Assembly: GCF_009834535.1 (NCBI RefSeq)
Contig: NC_045696.1
Span: forward strand, 107,944,001-108,008,000
Length of the DNA: 64,000 nt
Source: Camelus ferus
Taxonomy: Eukaryota
Reading direction: 5' to 3'
The notes beneath the pieces were generated by a model, which saw only the letters and a program-made list of their open reading frames with translations, was not told where the DNA came from and did no database searches. The position numbers and the translations under genes are program-made. Positions 49,981-63,890 of this stretch are shown piece by piece. How positions within the stretch are numbered: the first letter of the stretch is position 1; each line of letters starts with the position of its first letter.

Positions 49981-51066
49981 AAGAGGCAATACTCACAGGC
50001 ATTTGAGAGAGGCCCCTTACAAGAGCACAGCTCTGCTGGCTTCTCCACACTCTTTGATCTGCAAGGCACACTCTCCTTAGTGGTTGTTCCCGGCCCTCAG
50101 AGTGTTCAAGCTGCAAGGCGGCCTGCAGCAAGGAGGGCAGAGTGGCCTTCTCAGCAGAGTGCACCGTGTTGCCTGGATCCCACAGTGACGTTCCTGTGAC
50201 CAGTCTTGCACAGGTGCTCACGGAAACAGCTCCTGCAGCTTCTGCCTCTGGTCCCTCTTCCATGTGACTTTGTGGCAGACCCTGCAGGTGGGCTCACTCA
50301 ATATCCTTTCTCATCAGCCTTCTCCCACTTCCATTCCAAAGGCTGGAAGCTAAACATCATTTTGTAGCCTCCTTTTCAGGGGAGGGTAGTCATGAGTGTG
50401 ACAGTTTGGGGTAATGCTATGTAAGCAGACATTTGCTAGGGGTTTCTGGAAAAACCTTTCCTTTCCTGACAAAGGCCTCAGGTTCCATTTGGATCATAGG
50501 GCTACTTAAGTTTAACAAGATCTTAGTCAAAGAATTAATGGGATTTTTAGGGGAGAGGACAGCAAAATCATTATAACATTTATCCGGAAAAAGACACAGT
50601 GAAAATAGCCAGAAATTTCCTTATTGTTTCTTCCAACGCTTTCACGACTTGAAAAGACTTCTTTTTGTTTTTCTTCATTTTGTTTTTTGAAAAGACTTCT
50701 TAATTCTGATTTCCATACAATATTTATCTTATTTTTTTCTTGTTTCATTTTTTACACTCAAAAAGACTGTGCATCAAAAATCACCATAAGCAAACTTATG
50801 AAGCAAGCAACAAACTTGGAGAAGTTTCTCTGTCTCAACATGGTGGCACAGTGAGCATGATACTAGGTGGTGGGGTGACAGCTAGTGCTACTGGAGTATG
50901 GGGTGTCCTTTATTCCATATTATCATCCCCCAATACTACTATTGTTACTTATCTCCATTTTGTTAATGAGGAAATTAGGAAGTCAGGTAACTTGCCCACA
51001 ATCAAGTGGGACAGAATGAAACCCAAATCCAGGAATTGCTAATGATAAGACGCCAAAGTCTGTATC

Positions 51067-51205
51067 TTTTTTTTTTTTTTTTGGTGGGGGGAGGTAATTA
51101 GGCTTATTTATGTATTATTATTTTTTAATGGAGGTACTGGGGATTGAACCCTGAGCCTCAAGCATGCTAAGCATGTGCTCTACCACTTGAGCTATACCAT
51201 CCCAC
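51067..51205 (-). mobile_element. Camelid tRNA-Ala-derived SINE inserted at a MIR
   Basis: Poly-T, gggaggtaattagg tail, ggaggtactggggattgaaccc...tgagctatacc head; degenerate TSD ca(a/g)agtctgt. Confidence 0.9.
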
Positions 51206-52895
51206 CTCAGAGTCTGTGTTCTTTCTACTACACCCCACTGCCAATGAAATCTTAACTGAGAGAAGGTAACTTTCCAACTGAATCAGAAATAATCAGGGGA
51301 GTAGGGCAGAAGAGGGCGATTTGAGAGACATGGAGAATAGGAGGGGAAAAAATATATTAATGGGGAAAGATGAAAATGAAATTTATCTAAACACATAGTC
51401 CAAATTGGGTCTAGAATCATCAAGAATGGGCAAGTAGGAAGGTTGGACCCCAGATCTGTGTTGCTGGATTGAATTCTTGGTCACATTTAGCCAAGGCAGT
51501 GTATGATGGAAAGTCTAGACCTTTTATATCCAACAGATCTTTGTTGATCTCCTTTCATCACTGACTAACCACATGTCAAAATAAGGATAAAACTGAATCC
51601 TTAAGTAATCCAACCACAGAGTCTGTCAGATCGCAATTTTCTCTACTCCAAGGATACTGAGCTCTTGCTCCCAGTGTTCTGATTCCTGCTAAATTGTGCT
51701 CCCAGACACCAGTGCTATATCCCAGAGCTACATTTAAAGCTGTAGGTACGGCAGCTTTTGTTGCCAACAAGAACCCCATAAGCATAATTTTATTCTGGTT
51801 GGCAGGTATCCATCCAAACTCCATGCATTAAATACTCCACGTTGTTTTCCTTGGCTTGATATTGCATAAAGATTGCAAGATTGCACCCAGAGCCATCCAG
51901 AGAATAGTATTTTTATAGGTGTATTATATTTAAATAGCAGTGGCCATTGTGTATCGAAAAGGCAAAATGTAATTAAATAAAAATGATTACGCTCACCAGG
52001 GCTAATTTCTATCAGTCCTATTCATACAGCTGAATAATAAAATCCACGATGGAATAGTTCCATTTAAAATTAATGTTGCTCAATTTATGGCCAACTTTTC
52101 AAAATCTTAACTTCAATCACTTTCTTACTCAACACAATTATAACCATAAATAATTCAAATTGATTAAATTTGAAAATGAAAAATTCGATTTATAAAAGGT
52201 CACAAAGCACAGTAAAATGTGGCAAATTTCTAAGTACAGATCAGATAGCACACGGAAATTGGCTTATATTGTTTGCAAAGAAATTCTTAGTACAAGTAAT
52301 AATATATCATAACACCAGCTTATCAAACTGATCAATTGACAGAACTGAAGATTATCACAATAGTTTTTTTCATAAATAAAAGTGACTGATATGAGAATTT
52401 TTAAATTATTTATCCTCTCCTTATATTTAATAATGAAAGATAACACTCAATTAAAAATACCATATTCTTTTCCTAGTTTAGTGTATTTGCTTATTATTTT
52501 ACAATTGCCCTGAGGTACTGCTTACATGTCTATAAAAGCTTTAATTTTGCTACAAACCTTGAAATTAATTTGGAAACAATTTGATGTTCAATTTTTCAGT
52601 AAACAATTAAAGAAACAAGCAGGTAGAACTAATCACAATACATCAGTATGAACATATTTAGTGAGTGTGTGTGGGTGGAGAAAACATTCTTTCTTCAGAT
52701 GGTTCTTAAATGTTTGTAATATCATATTTAAAAATGAGCACACATATCAAGGCAGTTCCTGGTACATAGTAGGTGCTTAGGAAATGTTTGTTGTATAAGC
52801 GATTAACACAATTTACCAAGCAAATAAGTACACATCATGTCATAGACATACTGTCTAAAAGTTATAGAATTTTAACATTAAAAAAGGATTCTAGC

Positions 52896-53009
52896 GGGGA
52901 GGGTATAGCTCAAGTGGTAGAGCACAAGCTTAGCATGCACTACATCCTGGGTTCAATCCCCACTATCTCCAATAAAAATCTTAAATAAAAATCCCAACAT
53001 TAAAAAAAA
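52896..53009 (+). mobile_element. Camelid tRNA-Ala-derived SINE
   Basis: ggggagggtatagctcaagtggtagagc (A box)...cttagcatgc...gggttcaatcccc (B box) plus an A-rich tail. Confidence 0.88.
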
Positions 53010-53099
53010 TGTATTCTAATGATATGTGGCATATTTACTGGAGGAAGTAGGGCACAAAGTCCTCAGACAAATGTTACCCCACAGCTGTTTTTCACCCCT

Positions 53100-54281
53100 A
53101 TTTTTTTATTTGAAGGATAGTTGATTTACAATGTTGTGTTAGTTTCTGGTATACAGCATAGTGATTCAGTTAAACACATATATACATACTCTTGTTCATT
53201 ACAGGTTATTGTAAGATATTGAAAATATTTCCAGTACTATACAGTAGGGCCTTGTTATTTATACATTTTACATACGTAGTTAGTATCTTCAAATCCCAAA
53301 TTCCTAATTTATTCCTCCCCTACTTTTCTCCCTGGTAACCATAAGTTTGTTTTCTATGTCCTTGAATCTGTTTCTGATTTGTGAATAAGTTCATTTGTAT
53401 CATTTTTTAGAGTCCACATATGAATGATATTATATGATATTTGTCTTTGTCTTACTTCACTTAGTATGATATTTTCTAGGTCCATCCATGTTGCTGCAAA
53501 TGGCATTATTTTATTATTTTTTATGGCTGAGTAATATTCCATTGTATAAATATACCACAACTTCTTTATCCATTCATCTGTTGGTGGACATGTAGGTTGC
53601 TTCTATGTCTTGACTATTGTAAATAATGTTGCTACGCACATTGGAATGCATGTATCTTTTTGAATTAGAGTTTTCTCTAGATACATGCCCAGGAGTGGGA
53701 TTGCTGGATCATATGGTAACTCTGTTTTTAGTTTTTAAAGAGACCTCTATATTGTTCTACACAGTGGCTGCACCAATTTACATTCCCATCAGCAATGTAG
53801 GAGGGTTCCTTTTTCTCCACACCCTCTCCAGTGTTTATTGTTTGTGGACTTTTTAACAATGGCCATTCTGACCATGTGAGGTGATAATCTCACTGTAGTT
53901 TTGATTTGCATTTTTCTGGTAATTAGTGATCTTGAGCATTTTTTCATGTGCCTGTTATTCATATGTATGTCTTCTTTGGAGAAATGTCTATTTAGGTCTT
54001 CTGCCTATTTTTTGATTGGGTTGTTTGTTTTTTATGTTATTGAGTTGTATGAGCTGTTTGTATATTCTGGAAATTAAGCCCTGTTGGTTTCATCATTTGC
54101 AAGTATTTTCTTTCAGTCCATAGGTTGTCTTTTCATTTTGTTTATGGTTTCCTTTGCTGTGCAAAAGCTTGTAAGTTTGATTAGGTCCCATTGGTTTATT
54201 TTTGCTTTCATTTCTATTGCCTTGGGAGACAGACCTAGGAAAACATTGCTATGATTTATGTCAGAGAATGCTTTGCCTAAC
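53100..54281 (-). mobile_element. Relatively young artiodactyl-type L1, 5'-truncated
   Basis: ORF2 C-terminal peptides MWYIYTMEYYSAIK...FAATWMDLE and [23 protein letters not shown]; artiodactyl-type 3' UTR. Confidence 0.92.
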
Positions 54282-55086
54282 TTCACATCTGTTTTGTTTG
54301 TTGCACAGCATGTCAATTTTAACCAACTTTTCCAGACCCCCTTCCATTTCTGCACCTGTGAACTTAAACTCAAATATTATTAGAAAGGCTCTATCCTTCC
54401 CTTTGGGAAGCCAAGTTTTTCACTTCTTATTTTAGAAAGAATCTCTGTTGGATTAGATGCACTTGTACAATTTTCTCTGGCTTTTCAAAACTTCTTATAA
54501 AACTTCTTTCACTGTGGGCCCCCAGCCCTGAAAAAACAGTCTATACTCACTTCTACCTCCATCTTCCAGTTTATCCTTCTGCTTCTTAGTGGATCATAAC
54601 ATTTTGGTTTCCTGCATTCATTTGAACTCTCTCTCAAATCCATGTAATTTTGTCTCATGCTTCATTTCAAGTGTTTAGTGACCATCCAATCAATCCAGTG
54701 GTGTGTTGATGTTATTAGAGTTTAAAAGGACTTCCTTTATTTTACTAGCCGCATTGGCCTAATAGATGTTCTTGTTTGAGACACAGAAGGCATCACTCCC
54801 ACGGGGGGGGGGGTCATCAGAGACCACAAGGGTCCCTGAGTACAAAGGGCCCTGTGGTGGCTGGGGAAGGGATGGGGTATAGTGAGCAGGGTGGGACACT
54901 GGAAACATCTGAGGAGTCAGCCACGAACAGCTTACATCGATTACTTCAATAGAATTTACTCAAGACTTTTACTTTGTGGAGAGGACGGAGTGTGGACACG
55001 GGAAGTGGCACATTATGGAGTACTTGGCTTCTGCCTCTTGGCGTCTCTCCTGAGGACCCTGGGACACCCTTGTAAGTGCGAGACAG

Positions 55087-55570
55087 TGTAGTCCTGCTCT
55101 ATTCACACCCTATGTACTAGACGCTGAATTGTCCATCCATCCTTTTCCCCATTCCCCCTTCCTTGCCGGCCCACCTTTATTTAGGCATCCATCTCTCCTC
55201 CCCCAGCCCCCACAGACAACTCCCTCAAGGAAGCTGACCCTCCCTCAGTTCCAGGGCTGGGCCTGATTGGCCCAATGGGACTCTCATCCCCTTTGCCAGG
55301 ACTTGGGTGATGAATGCACACGTGACCCAATTTGAGTCAATGAGGTTTACCGTGACTTCTGGGGAAGGACTTAATTTCCAGGAGAGGTCCTAGCAGCCGT
55401 TGGCTTTCCCTTCCTACAGCGTTTGTTACTCACAGTTGTGAGGCCAGACTGTCTGCAGCCACCTTGCCTCCAGCCTGAGGAGGAAGCAAAGCACAGAGGA
55501 GGGCAGCGTTGGAAGATCAAGGGGGTGAGTATATCCCTGCTTTTTAATCCATAATTTGGGAAGGCAGTCT
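55087..55570. mobile_element. LTR16/LTR33-like ERVL LTR
   Basis: ggaagctgaccc...ccagggctgggcctgattggccc...cacgtgacccaatt...gcagccaccttg...agcctgaggagg. Confidence 0.6.
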
Positions 55571-55611
55571 TTGTCCTTTCCTTACCTCCTTTCCCTCCAT
55601 GAAGGGGGATT

Positions 55612-55782
55612 TTAAAAACACGTGGTAAAGCATACACAACATAAAATTTTACCATTGTAACAACTTTCAGTGTCTGATTCAGTGGCATTAAGTACATTTG
55701 TGTTGTGATGCAAACATCACCACTACCCATCTCTGGAATTTTTCCATCATCTCAAACTGAAACTCTGTCCTTATTAAACATG
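55612..55782 (-). mobile_element. L1MB 3' terminal fragment
   Basis: gtggtaaagcatacacaacataaaattttaccatt...cagtggcattaagtacatt...aactgaaactctgtcc. Confidence 0.8.
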
Positions 55783-56029
55783 AAAAGGGGCTTCTAATTT
55801 GGCTGGATTCCAGGGTGTATACTGGGCTCTTGCTTCCTGGAGGAGGAAGGGTGTTTGAATGTCATACACGTAGGAGTAGCTTTCTCTCTGGCTCTTCCTT
55901 CTACCCACATAGAAGGAGGATAAGCCTTCCTGGAGGAGACCTGGGCATCTTGTTCCCCCCTCTTCTGCTTCCAGGAGAAAGTACTGAGAGAAGGCTAATG
56001 GTTGATTAGATGACCAAAAAAAAAAAAAA

Positions 56030-56112
56030 AAAAAAAATCATTCGTTGTTTACCTGAAATTCGAATTTAACTGAGCATCCTTTATTTTTATTTGCTAAATC
56101 TGGCATTCCTAG
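56030..56112. mobile_element. MER53 half element
   Basis: attcgttgtttacctgaaattcgaatttaactgagcatcctttatttttatttgctaaatctggcattccta. Confidence 0.75.
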
Positions 56113-56556
56113 GTGAGGAGAATGCAGCTGATTGAATTTGGTAACTGGAGGCCTTAAAGGACCCTTGGCAGCAACAGTGGACCCCAGTGCCTGGCAATAA
56201 GGATGTAGCAAGGAGCTGGCTGTCTCAGCAGAGACTCACACGGGGAGAGGATTGTGGACCCAGTTGGCAGTCTGCTTCCTCATTCCTGCTGTCAGGATGG
56301 AACATAAACTGCACCTCACACCCCACCTGAACTTAGATTGTGGGTGGCGGGGGGAGGAGAACAGAGAGAGAATCCTTAACTGGTTAACTATTAATCCAAA
56401 AAGACCTGAGGGGGGATTAAACCATGAAAGTGACTAGTTATTCCGCACTGGCAAGACTGAATAGGAATGAGAACTTAAGAACTAAGTTCAGTTATAAGGT
56501 AGTAAAGTCACATTTTCACATCCTAGTCTGTGAGTGAAAAACTAAACCTGCTACAG
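56113..56556 (+). mobile_element. Ancient Gypsy-like LTR fragment
   Basis: aactaagttcagttataag...taaagtcacattttcacatcc...aaacctgctaca end resembles the MamGypLTR2/LTR85 class. Confidence 0.4.
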
Positions 56557-57849
56557 ATAAAAAAATAGGACTGACGAGATTGTCTCCAAGGTCCCCTCTA
56601 TATCAACAGTTCCGTAGCTACAGAGATGAGGCTTGAGGCCATGAAAGGAAGAGACATGAGTTAGGTGAGGGTGGGAGTATTTCAAAAACCCCTACTGAGT
56701 GCCTGGTTATAGGAGAGCCAGGAAATAAGCCTGGCTGGGAAGACGTGGAAGGAAAATCATTACCATTGTGCATTTAAGCTGTCCTTGTGTTTTGAGTTTG
56801 TTACTTCTTAAACATTTAAAGTTGAGCACTTGCTAGAGTTAATGATTATTAACAGTGAGAGGCAGCTGATTTATGCCGATGAAACTGATTTAAGAGCTAT
56901 TTTCTTAAGAGAACTATGAATGGGCTTTCTAGGGAATCAACTGGTGAACAAACTTATTTTTACAGGGAGAGCCAGAAAGGACTCTTGACCCAGGAAGTCT
57001 GAGGGCCGAGAGAATTGTTGCAGAGTACACTGCGTTTAGCTTCCTGCCTAAGCCGTCTGCAAGCACAGCGGATTCTCCCTGCTTCCAAAGAGGGTGAAAG
57101 GCTTCATCTGGGGCTCCCCAGCCCCCACAGAGGGGGTGCCTAGACAGTAGGGAAGACACATGGAAGGCAGGAAGACAGAAAGAAAGGCTTCCTAAGAGAG
57201 GAGGGGGCTTAGTCAGTTTCAGGTGGCTTGAGAGAAAAACAGTGATCCAGTGGAGGTGTTGGTGGAGGAGAAACATCTCTACCTGGGGCCAAGGAGGCCC
57301 CCCGCTTATCTGTAGTCAGAGAGCAGGCCATGCACTAGCAGGAACAGGAGCGAGCAAGGCTGATCCTACCCAGTGAGGAAGAGGTGAGTCATAGAGGTTG
57401 GTGAGCAACTCCCTTTGGGGTAGCTCTGTGGCCTGATGCAGACAGCAGGGGTGAACGGTCATGCTGGAGCATGTAGGCAGGCAGGAGGTGGCCAACACCC
57501 ACCAGTATGTATCAGTCCTATTGATCAGTACTCACACCTACAGATTTATATATAAAGGGGTGAGTAAGGCAGAAGAACCCTGCCACATATATCTTTATCG
57601 GCTTTGAAGGCCCTTATAAAATACATGGTAGGCTAAGAGTTAAGATGGGCAGGGGTCATAACTCATGTCACCCTCCATTGTAAAAGTCGCCACTTGAGGA
57701 GTGAAAATTGAAGTATTGGTATTAAGTAGCAGGCTTTAGTTTCCTAGATTGTGGCTTTTGATACCAAAGCTTCTGGCAGAGATTACTGAGTGCTTTGCAC
57801 TAAATCTGGGAAGACTTGTTTGACAGGAAACGCCTACCTAATTGAGAGA

Positions 57850-58320
57850 TTCCACCCCAAATTGGTCAGAGTGGGGAGAAATTGGTCTAATACTACCATG
57901 AAGTCAAGCATCATGGAAGATAACCACTATAGCACAAAAGGAATATGAAATCAGAGAAATTTTCAGGTGGAAGCCTTCAGTAAATGGGTTAGAAGCAGTG
58001 TTCATAGGCTTTGAGATCTAGTCAGAAAGGTGCAGAATCAGGGAAACAAGCAAAATGTATTCAACATTTTTACACAGTGAGGTAAATATAATCCCACAGA
58101 TATGAAGTGCAATGGGAACCACTGGCTGGCCCAGGCCTGTCATACCCATGAGAAGAGCGTCAGGAAGGCTAAATCTCAGAACAAGCCGAAACTTGTGGGC
58201 AAAAAGGCTAAAGACAAGTAAAAATTTTTTTTTTTTTTTGAAAGCAATGTTTGGAATAAGAAGTACATGGAGGGTATAGGCTTGCTGTTTGGGAAATTAA
58301 GTGCAATATTTGTAAATGAT
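57850..58320 (+). mobile_element. CR1/L3 LINE ORF2 fragment
   Basis: ~58150-58227 translates EKSVRKAKSQNKPKLVGKKAKDK*KF, matching the CR1 linker pattern VRKAKAQ.EL.LA...KDNKKGF. Confidence 0.6.
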
Positions 58321-58329
58321 TAAGACTAA

Positions 58330-61300
58330 GAGAAAATATAGAATTAAGGTAGTGGATCAATTGCTTATAAAGAAAGCATGAAAGTTAAAAGACAACAGTA
58401 GAAAAATTAACTAAAATTACAATAATTAAAGGATGCATAAAATAAAAGGATGTAAAATGTGTCATCAAAAGTATAAAAGTCAGAGGAGGGGTAAAATGAT
58501 AAATCTTTGGAATGTGTTTAAATTTAGTTACGACCAGCTTAAAACAGGTAACTATTTATGTAGAATGTTATATGTGAATCTCACAGTAACCACAAGGAAC
58601 TTATAGAAAGTACACACACACAAATGAGAAAGTAATCTAAACATAACATTAAAGAAAATAACCAAAACACAAAGGAAGAGAGAAAGAGAAGAAGAAAGGA
58701 ACAAAAAAGAACTACAAATACAGCCAGAAAACAATGAACAAAATGGCAATGAGCACATACATATCAATAATTATTTTAAGCGTAAATGAACTAAATTCAC
58801 CAATTAAAAGACAAAGAGTAGATGAATGGATAAAAAAAAAAACAAACAAGACTCATCTATTTGCCACCTCCAAGAGACTCACTTCAGAAGAAGGAACACA
58901 CCTGTCTGTCTGAAAGTGAAGGGATGGAAAAAGTTACTCCACGCAAATGGAAATGAAGAGACATGTGGATTAGCTATACTCATATCAGACAAAATGGACT
59001 TTTAACAAAGACTTAATGATAAAGATGTCAATCCAGCAAGAAGATGTAACATTTTTTTAATGTATATGCACCTAACAGAGGAGCACTAAGATATATAAAG
59101 CAAACATTAATGAACTTAAAGGGAAAAACTGAAAGCATTACATAATCATAGGGGACTTTAACACTCCACTTACACCAGATGGATAGATCCTCAAGAACAA
59201 AAATCAGTAAGAAACATTGAATTTAAATAACACAATAGACCAGATAAACTTTATATATATCTCTCAATAAATTCAAGAAGACTGAAATCATATCAATCAT
59301 TTTCTCTGACTACAATGATATTAAACTAGAAATCAATACAAGAAAAAAAATGAGAAAATCACAAAATATGGAGATTAAACAACATACTACTGAACAACTA
59401 ATGCATCATCAAAGAAATCAAAGGAGAAAATAAAAAAAAAACCTAGAGACAAATGAAAACAGAAATATATCATACCAAAATCTAAGTGATGCAGCAGAAG
59501 TGGTTCTAGGAGGGAAGTTCATAGAAATACAGGGCTACTTCAAGAAACAAGAAAAATCCAAAATAAACAAGCTAACGTTACACCTGAAAGAACTAGGAAA
59601 TGAAGAACAAATGAAGCTCAAAATTAGTAGAAGGAAGGAAATAATAAAGATTACAGTGGAAATAAGTGAAATAGAAAACAATAGAAAAAAATCAATGAAA
59701 CTAAAAACTGATTCTTTGAAAATATAAAAAAATTGACAAATTTTTAGTTATATTAACTAAAAAAGGGAGAGAGAGGACTCAAATAAAATAGGAAATGAAA
59801 GAGAAGTTACAACTGATAACACAGAAATGCAAAGGATCATAAGAGACTACTACGAACAATTATATGTCAACAATTGCACAACCTAGACAGTAAATAAATT
59901 TTTAGAAACATACAATTTTCCAAGATTGAATCATGAAGAAATTTAAAAGATCTGATTACCAGTAAAGAGGTTGAAACAGTAATCAAGAATCGTTCAACAA
60001 ACAAAAGCCAAGGACCAGATGACTTCACTGGCAAATTCAACAAAACACTCAAAGAATTAATCCTTCTCAAACATTTCCAAAAAATTTAAGAGGAAGAAAA
60101 ACTTCTGAACACATTTTACAAAGCCAGCACTACCCTGATGCCAGAACCGGACATAGACATTGCAAAAAAAGGAGTTACAGGCCAACGTCCTTGATAAACA
60201 CAGATGCAAAATACTTAACAAAATACTAGCAAATTGAATCCAAAAATACATTAAAAGGATCATATAACACAGTCAAATGAGATTTATTCTGGGGATGCAA
60301 GGATGGTTCAACATCCACAAATCAATTATTGTGATATATTGCATTAACAAAATGAAGGAAATGAAGGATAAAAATTATATTATCACCTCAATAGATGTAG
60401 AAAAAGCATCTGACAAAATTCAACATTAATTTTTGGTGAAAAGCTTTAACAAAGTGGATACAGAGGGAATGTACCTCAATGTAATAAAGACCCATGAATG
60501 AGAAGCCACACCTAATGTGTGTCCAACTGTGCTAAACATAACATTAAAGAAAATAACTAAAAGCTTTTCATCTTAAATTGGGAACAAGACAAGGATGCCT
60601 ACTCTCACCACTTTTATTCAACAAAGCATTGGAAGTCATAGACAGAGAAATTAGGCATGAAAAAGAAATAAAAGTCATCCAAATTGGAAAGGAAGAAGTA
60701 AAACTGTCATATTTATATGACATGATAATAAATGGAGAGAACCCTAAAAGCTCCACCAAAAAATTGTTATAACTAGTAAATGAATTCAATAAAGGCACAG
60801 GATATAAAATCAATATACAGAAATCTGTGGCATTTTATACACTAATAACAAACTATCAGGAGGAGAAATTAAGAAAACAATCTTATTTACAATTGCATCA
60901 AAAATAATAAAATACCCAGGAATATATTTAACCAAGGAGCTGAAAGACTTGTACACTGAAAACTATGACACTGGTGAAAGAAATTGAAGAAGACACCAAT
61001 AAGTGGAAAGATATTCTGTGTTCGTGGACTGGAAGAATTAACATTATTAAAATGTCCATACTACCCAAAGCAACCTACAGACTCAATGCAACTCTTATCA
61101 AAATTCCAAAGGCATATTTCACAGAACCAGAACAAATAATTCTACAATTTATACAGAACTTCAAAAGATTCTGAATAGCCAAAAAAATCTTGAGAGAGAA
61201 GAACAAAGCCAGAGGCATCACACTTACTGATTTCGAACTATACTACAGAGTTGTAGTGATCAAAATAAAAAATTTGTACTGGCATGAAAACAGACACACA

Positions 61301-62632
61301 GACCAAAGGAACACTGAGAGCCCAGAAATAAACTCATACACATATGGTCAATTAACTTACAAAAAAGGAGCAAAGAATATACAATGGAGAGATCATCAAT
61401 AAAAGAAATTGAGAAAACTGGACAGCCACATGCAAAAGAATTGAAACTAGACCATAATCTTACACTATACACAAAAATCAACTCAAAATGAATTAAAGAG
61501 TTGAATGTAAGACCTGAAACCATAAAATTCCTAGAAGAGAAACAGGCAGTAACCTCACTGGCAATGGTCTTAGTGATGTTTTTGTGAACCTGCCAACAAA
61601 GGCAAGGGAAACAAAAGCAAAAATAAACAAGTGGGACCATATCAAACTAAAAAGCTTCTGCACAGCAAAGGAAACCATCATCAAAGCAAAAGACAACCTG
61701 CAGAATGGGAGAAAACATTCACAAATCATATGTTTGATAAGGGATTAATATCCAAAATCTATAACAAACTCATACAACTCAACAACAATAAAAACCCAAT
61801 ATAAATGGGAATAGGACTTGAATGGGCATTTTTCCAAAGAAGACACACAGATAACCAACAGGCACATGAAAAAATGTTAACATCACTAATTACTAGGGAG
61901 ATGCATATCAAGACCCCAATAAGATATCATCTCACACTTATTAGAATGGGTATCATCAAAAGGACAAGAAATAACAAATATTGGAGAGGAAGTGAAGAAA
62001 AGAGAACCCCCTTGTATACTTTTGGTGAGACTGTAAATTGGTATGGCCATGACAGAAAACAATATGGAGATTTCTCAAAAACTTAATAAAACTACCATAA
62101 GACCCAGGTATTCTACTTCTGGGTATTTATTCAAAGAACATGAAAACACTAATTTGAAAAGATATATGGACTCCTGTGTTTATTGCAGCATTATTTACAA
62201 TAGCCAAGATAGGGAAACAACTTAAGTGCCCATCAATGAATGAATGGGTAAAGAAGATGTGGTATGTATACACAATGGAATACTACTTAGCCATAAAAAG
62301 GTTTAAATCCTGCCATTTGTGACAACATGGATGGACCTTGAAGGTATTATTCTAAATGAAATAAGTCAGAGGGAGAAATATAAATACCATACGATTTCAC
62401 TCATGTGTGAACTCAAAAAAGCCAAAACGTGTGAACAAACAAAATAAAACAAAACAAACTCGTAGATACAGAGATCAGATTAGTGGTTATCAGAGGGGAA
62501 GGGATTAGGTGGGTGAAACAAGTGAAGGGGTCAATTGTATGGTGATGGATAGTAACTAGACTTGTGGTGGTGATCACTCTGTAGTGTGCGCACATATCAA
62601 ATTTTAACATCTGAAATTAATATAATAAATAA
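58330..62632 (+). mobile_element. ~4.3-kb 5'-truncated L1 (L1MA9-like) with nearly complete but inactivated ORF2
   Basis: Endonuclease IIGDFNTPLT (~59145); [16 protein letters not shown] (60578) with the FADD motif decayed to [30 protein letters not shown]; 3' UTR. Many stops. Confidence 0.95.
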
Positions 62633-63595
62633 GTGGTTAATCCTAAGAGGAGAAGTAGAATTGAAAGGTAAAGTTGGGGGTATGGGAAGGTTTAAACTTT
62701 CCTTATTTCTGTATTATTTGATTTTGTTACCAGAATATGTTTTATGTATAACTTAACTAAAAGATATTCTTAAAATATATTTAAAAAATTGATCAGGCAA
62801 AGCACAATGAATTTAATAGTTCACTTTGAAAATCCTGAAATAAACTAATGCTTAGTTTAAAAAAAAGCCCAAGGGAGAGTATACTGTCTGACTGTTGTTT
62901 CTGTTTCCTCCAACAAGAGCATGCTTTTCAAGCTCCATAGAGCCCACTGATGCACAGAGGAGAAGGAAAGATAGGGGAGGAGATCCAGGCTCCAAATACT
63001 TACCTGTCAGGGATGCTCACTGAAAAATTGTTGTTAATTAACTTGGTGCAAAAATGAGGAATGGTAAGCAGATAAAAGACTTATTTTTACACAAAGGGAT
63101 TTAAGTTCTTGTTTTAGAAGTTTCATTTTATGTGGACTATCCTCTCGTAGCACTCTCAGGAGTATCTGCTAAGCTTAATGGGCTGTCTTGTCCCCTGGCC
63201 TGCAAACCCTCTGGATGCCAGGTTACAGAGAAAGACCATAACAGGGTTAAACCTGCAGATTACAGAGCAAGGTCAAAAGCCCTGCCAACTTCCCATTCTC
63301 AAAGGTAGGTTCATGGAGCAGAAAAGGCGGGCAGTGGGAGGTCCTCTGGTCCTGGGAGCAGGGGAGGGAGCCACCATGTCATTGTCTGCTAAGCTGACAC
63401 CTGTTCTCAGCAGGTGACTCAATCACTAATCCCTTAAAATAGCAGCTTGTTTCCTAAGCATTCTGAGTTCCTAGAGTGAAGAAGAAGAAAAAAAAACACT
63501 CATCGATGATTTCTTTTGAAGAGCCATACATTGTCATAGTATGAAATTTGGGAAAATATTTTGGAAAACACACAGAATTTAAAAATCAACTTTGA

Positions 63596-63890
63596 ACACT
63601 TGAAACTAACATTGTAAATCGACTACACTTCAATAAAAAATAAGAAGGGATAAACTGGCCCTTCGAGATTTGTAGATACTGACAGGTATATGTAGAATAG
63701 ATAAACAAGTTTATACTGTATAGCACAAGGAAATATATTCAAGATCTTGTAGTAGCTCACAGTGAAAAAGAATATGAAAATGAATATATGTATTTTCACG
63801 TATGACTGAAAAATTGTGCTGTACACCAGAATTGACACAATATTGTAAACTGACCATAACTCAATAAAAAAAAAGAAAAAAAAGAATTAA
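63596..63890 (+). mobile_element. Two nested artiodactyl L1 3' ends
   Basis: Two cattgtaaa...caataaaaa-type termini inside a 15-bp TSD aaaaatcaactttga (63581-63595 and 63891-63905). Confidence 0.8.

Noticed and set aside
52896..52975. tRNA-Ala-like gene (and five similar copies)
   Set aside because: SINE heads with A-rich tails, TSDs and disrupted stems, not functional tRNA genes.
58330..62632. Reverse transcriptase/endonuclease ORFs as an active element or novel RT system
   Set aside because: Ordinary decayed L1 ORF2 with many stops and frameshifts, a lost FADD motif, and no 5' UTR or intact ORF1.
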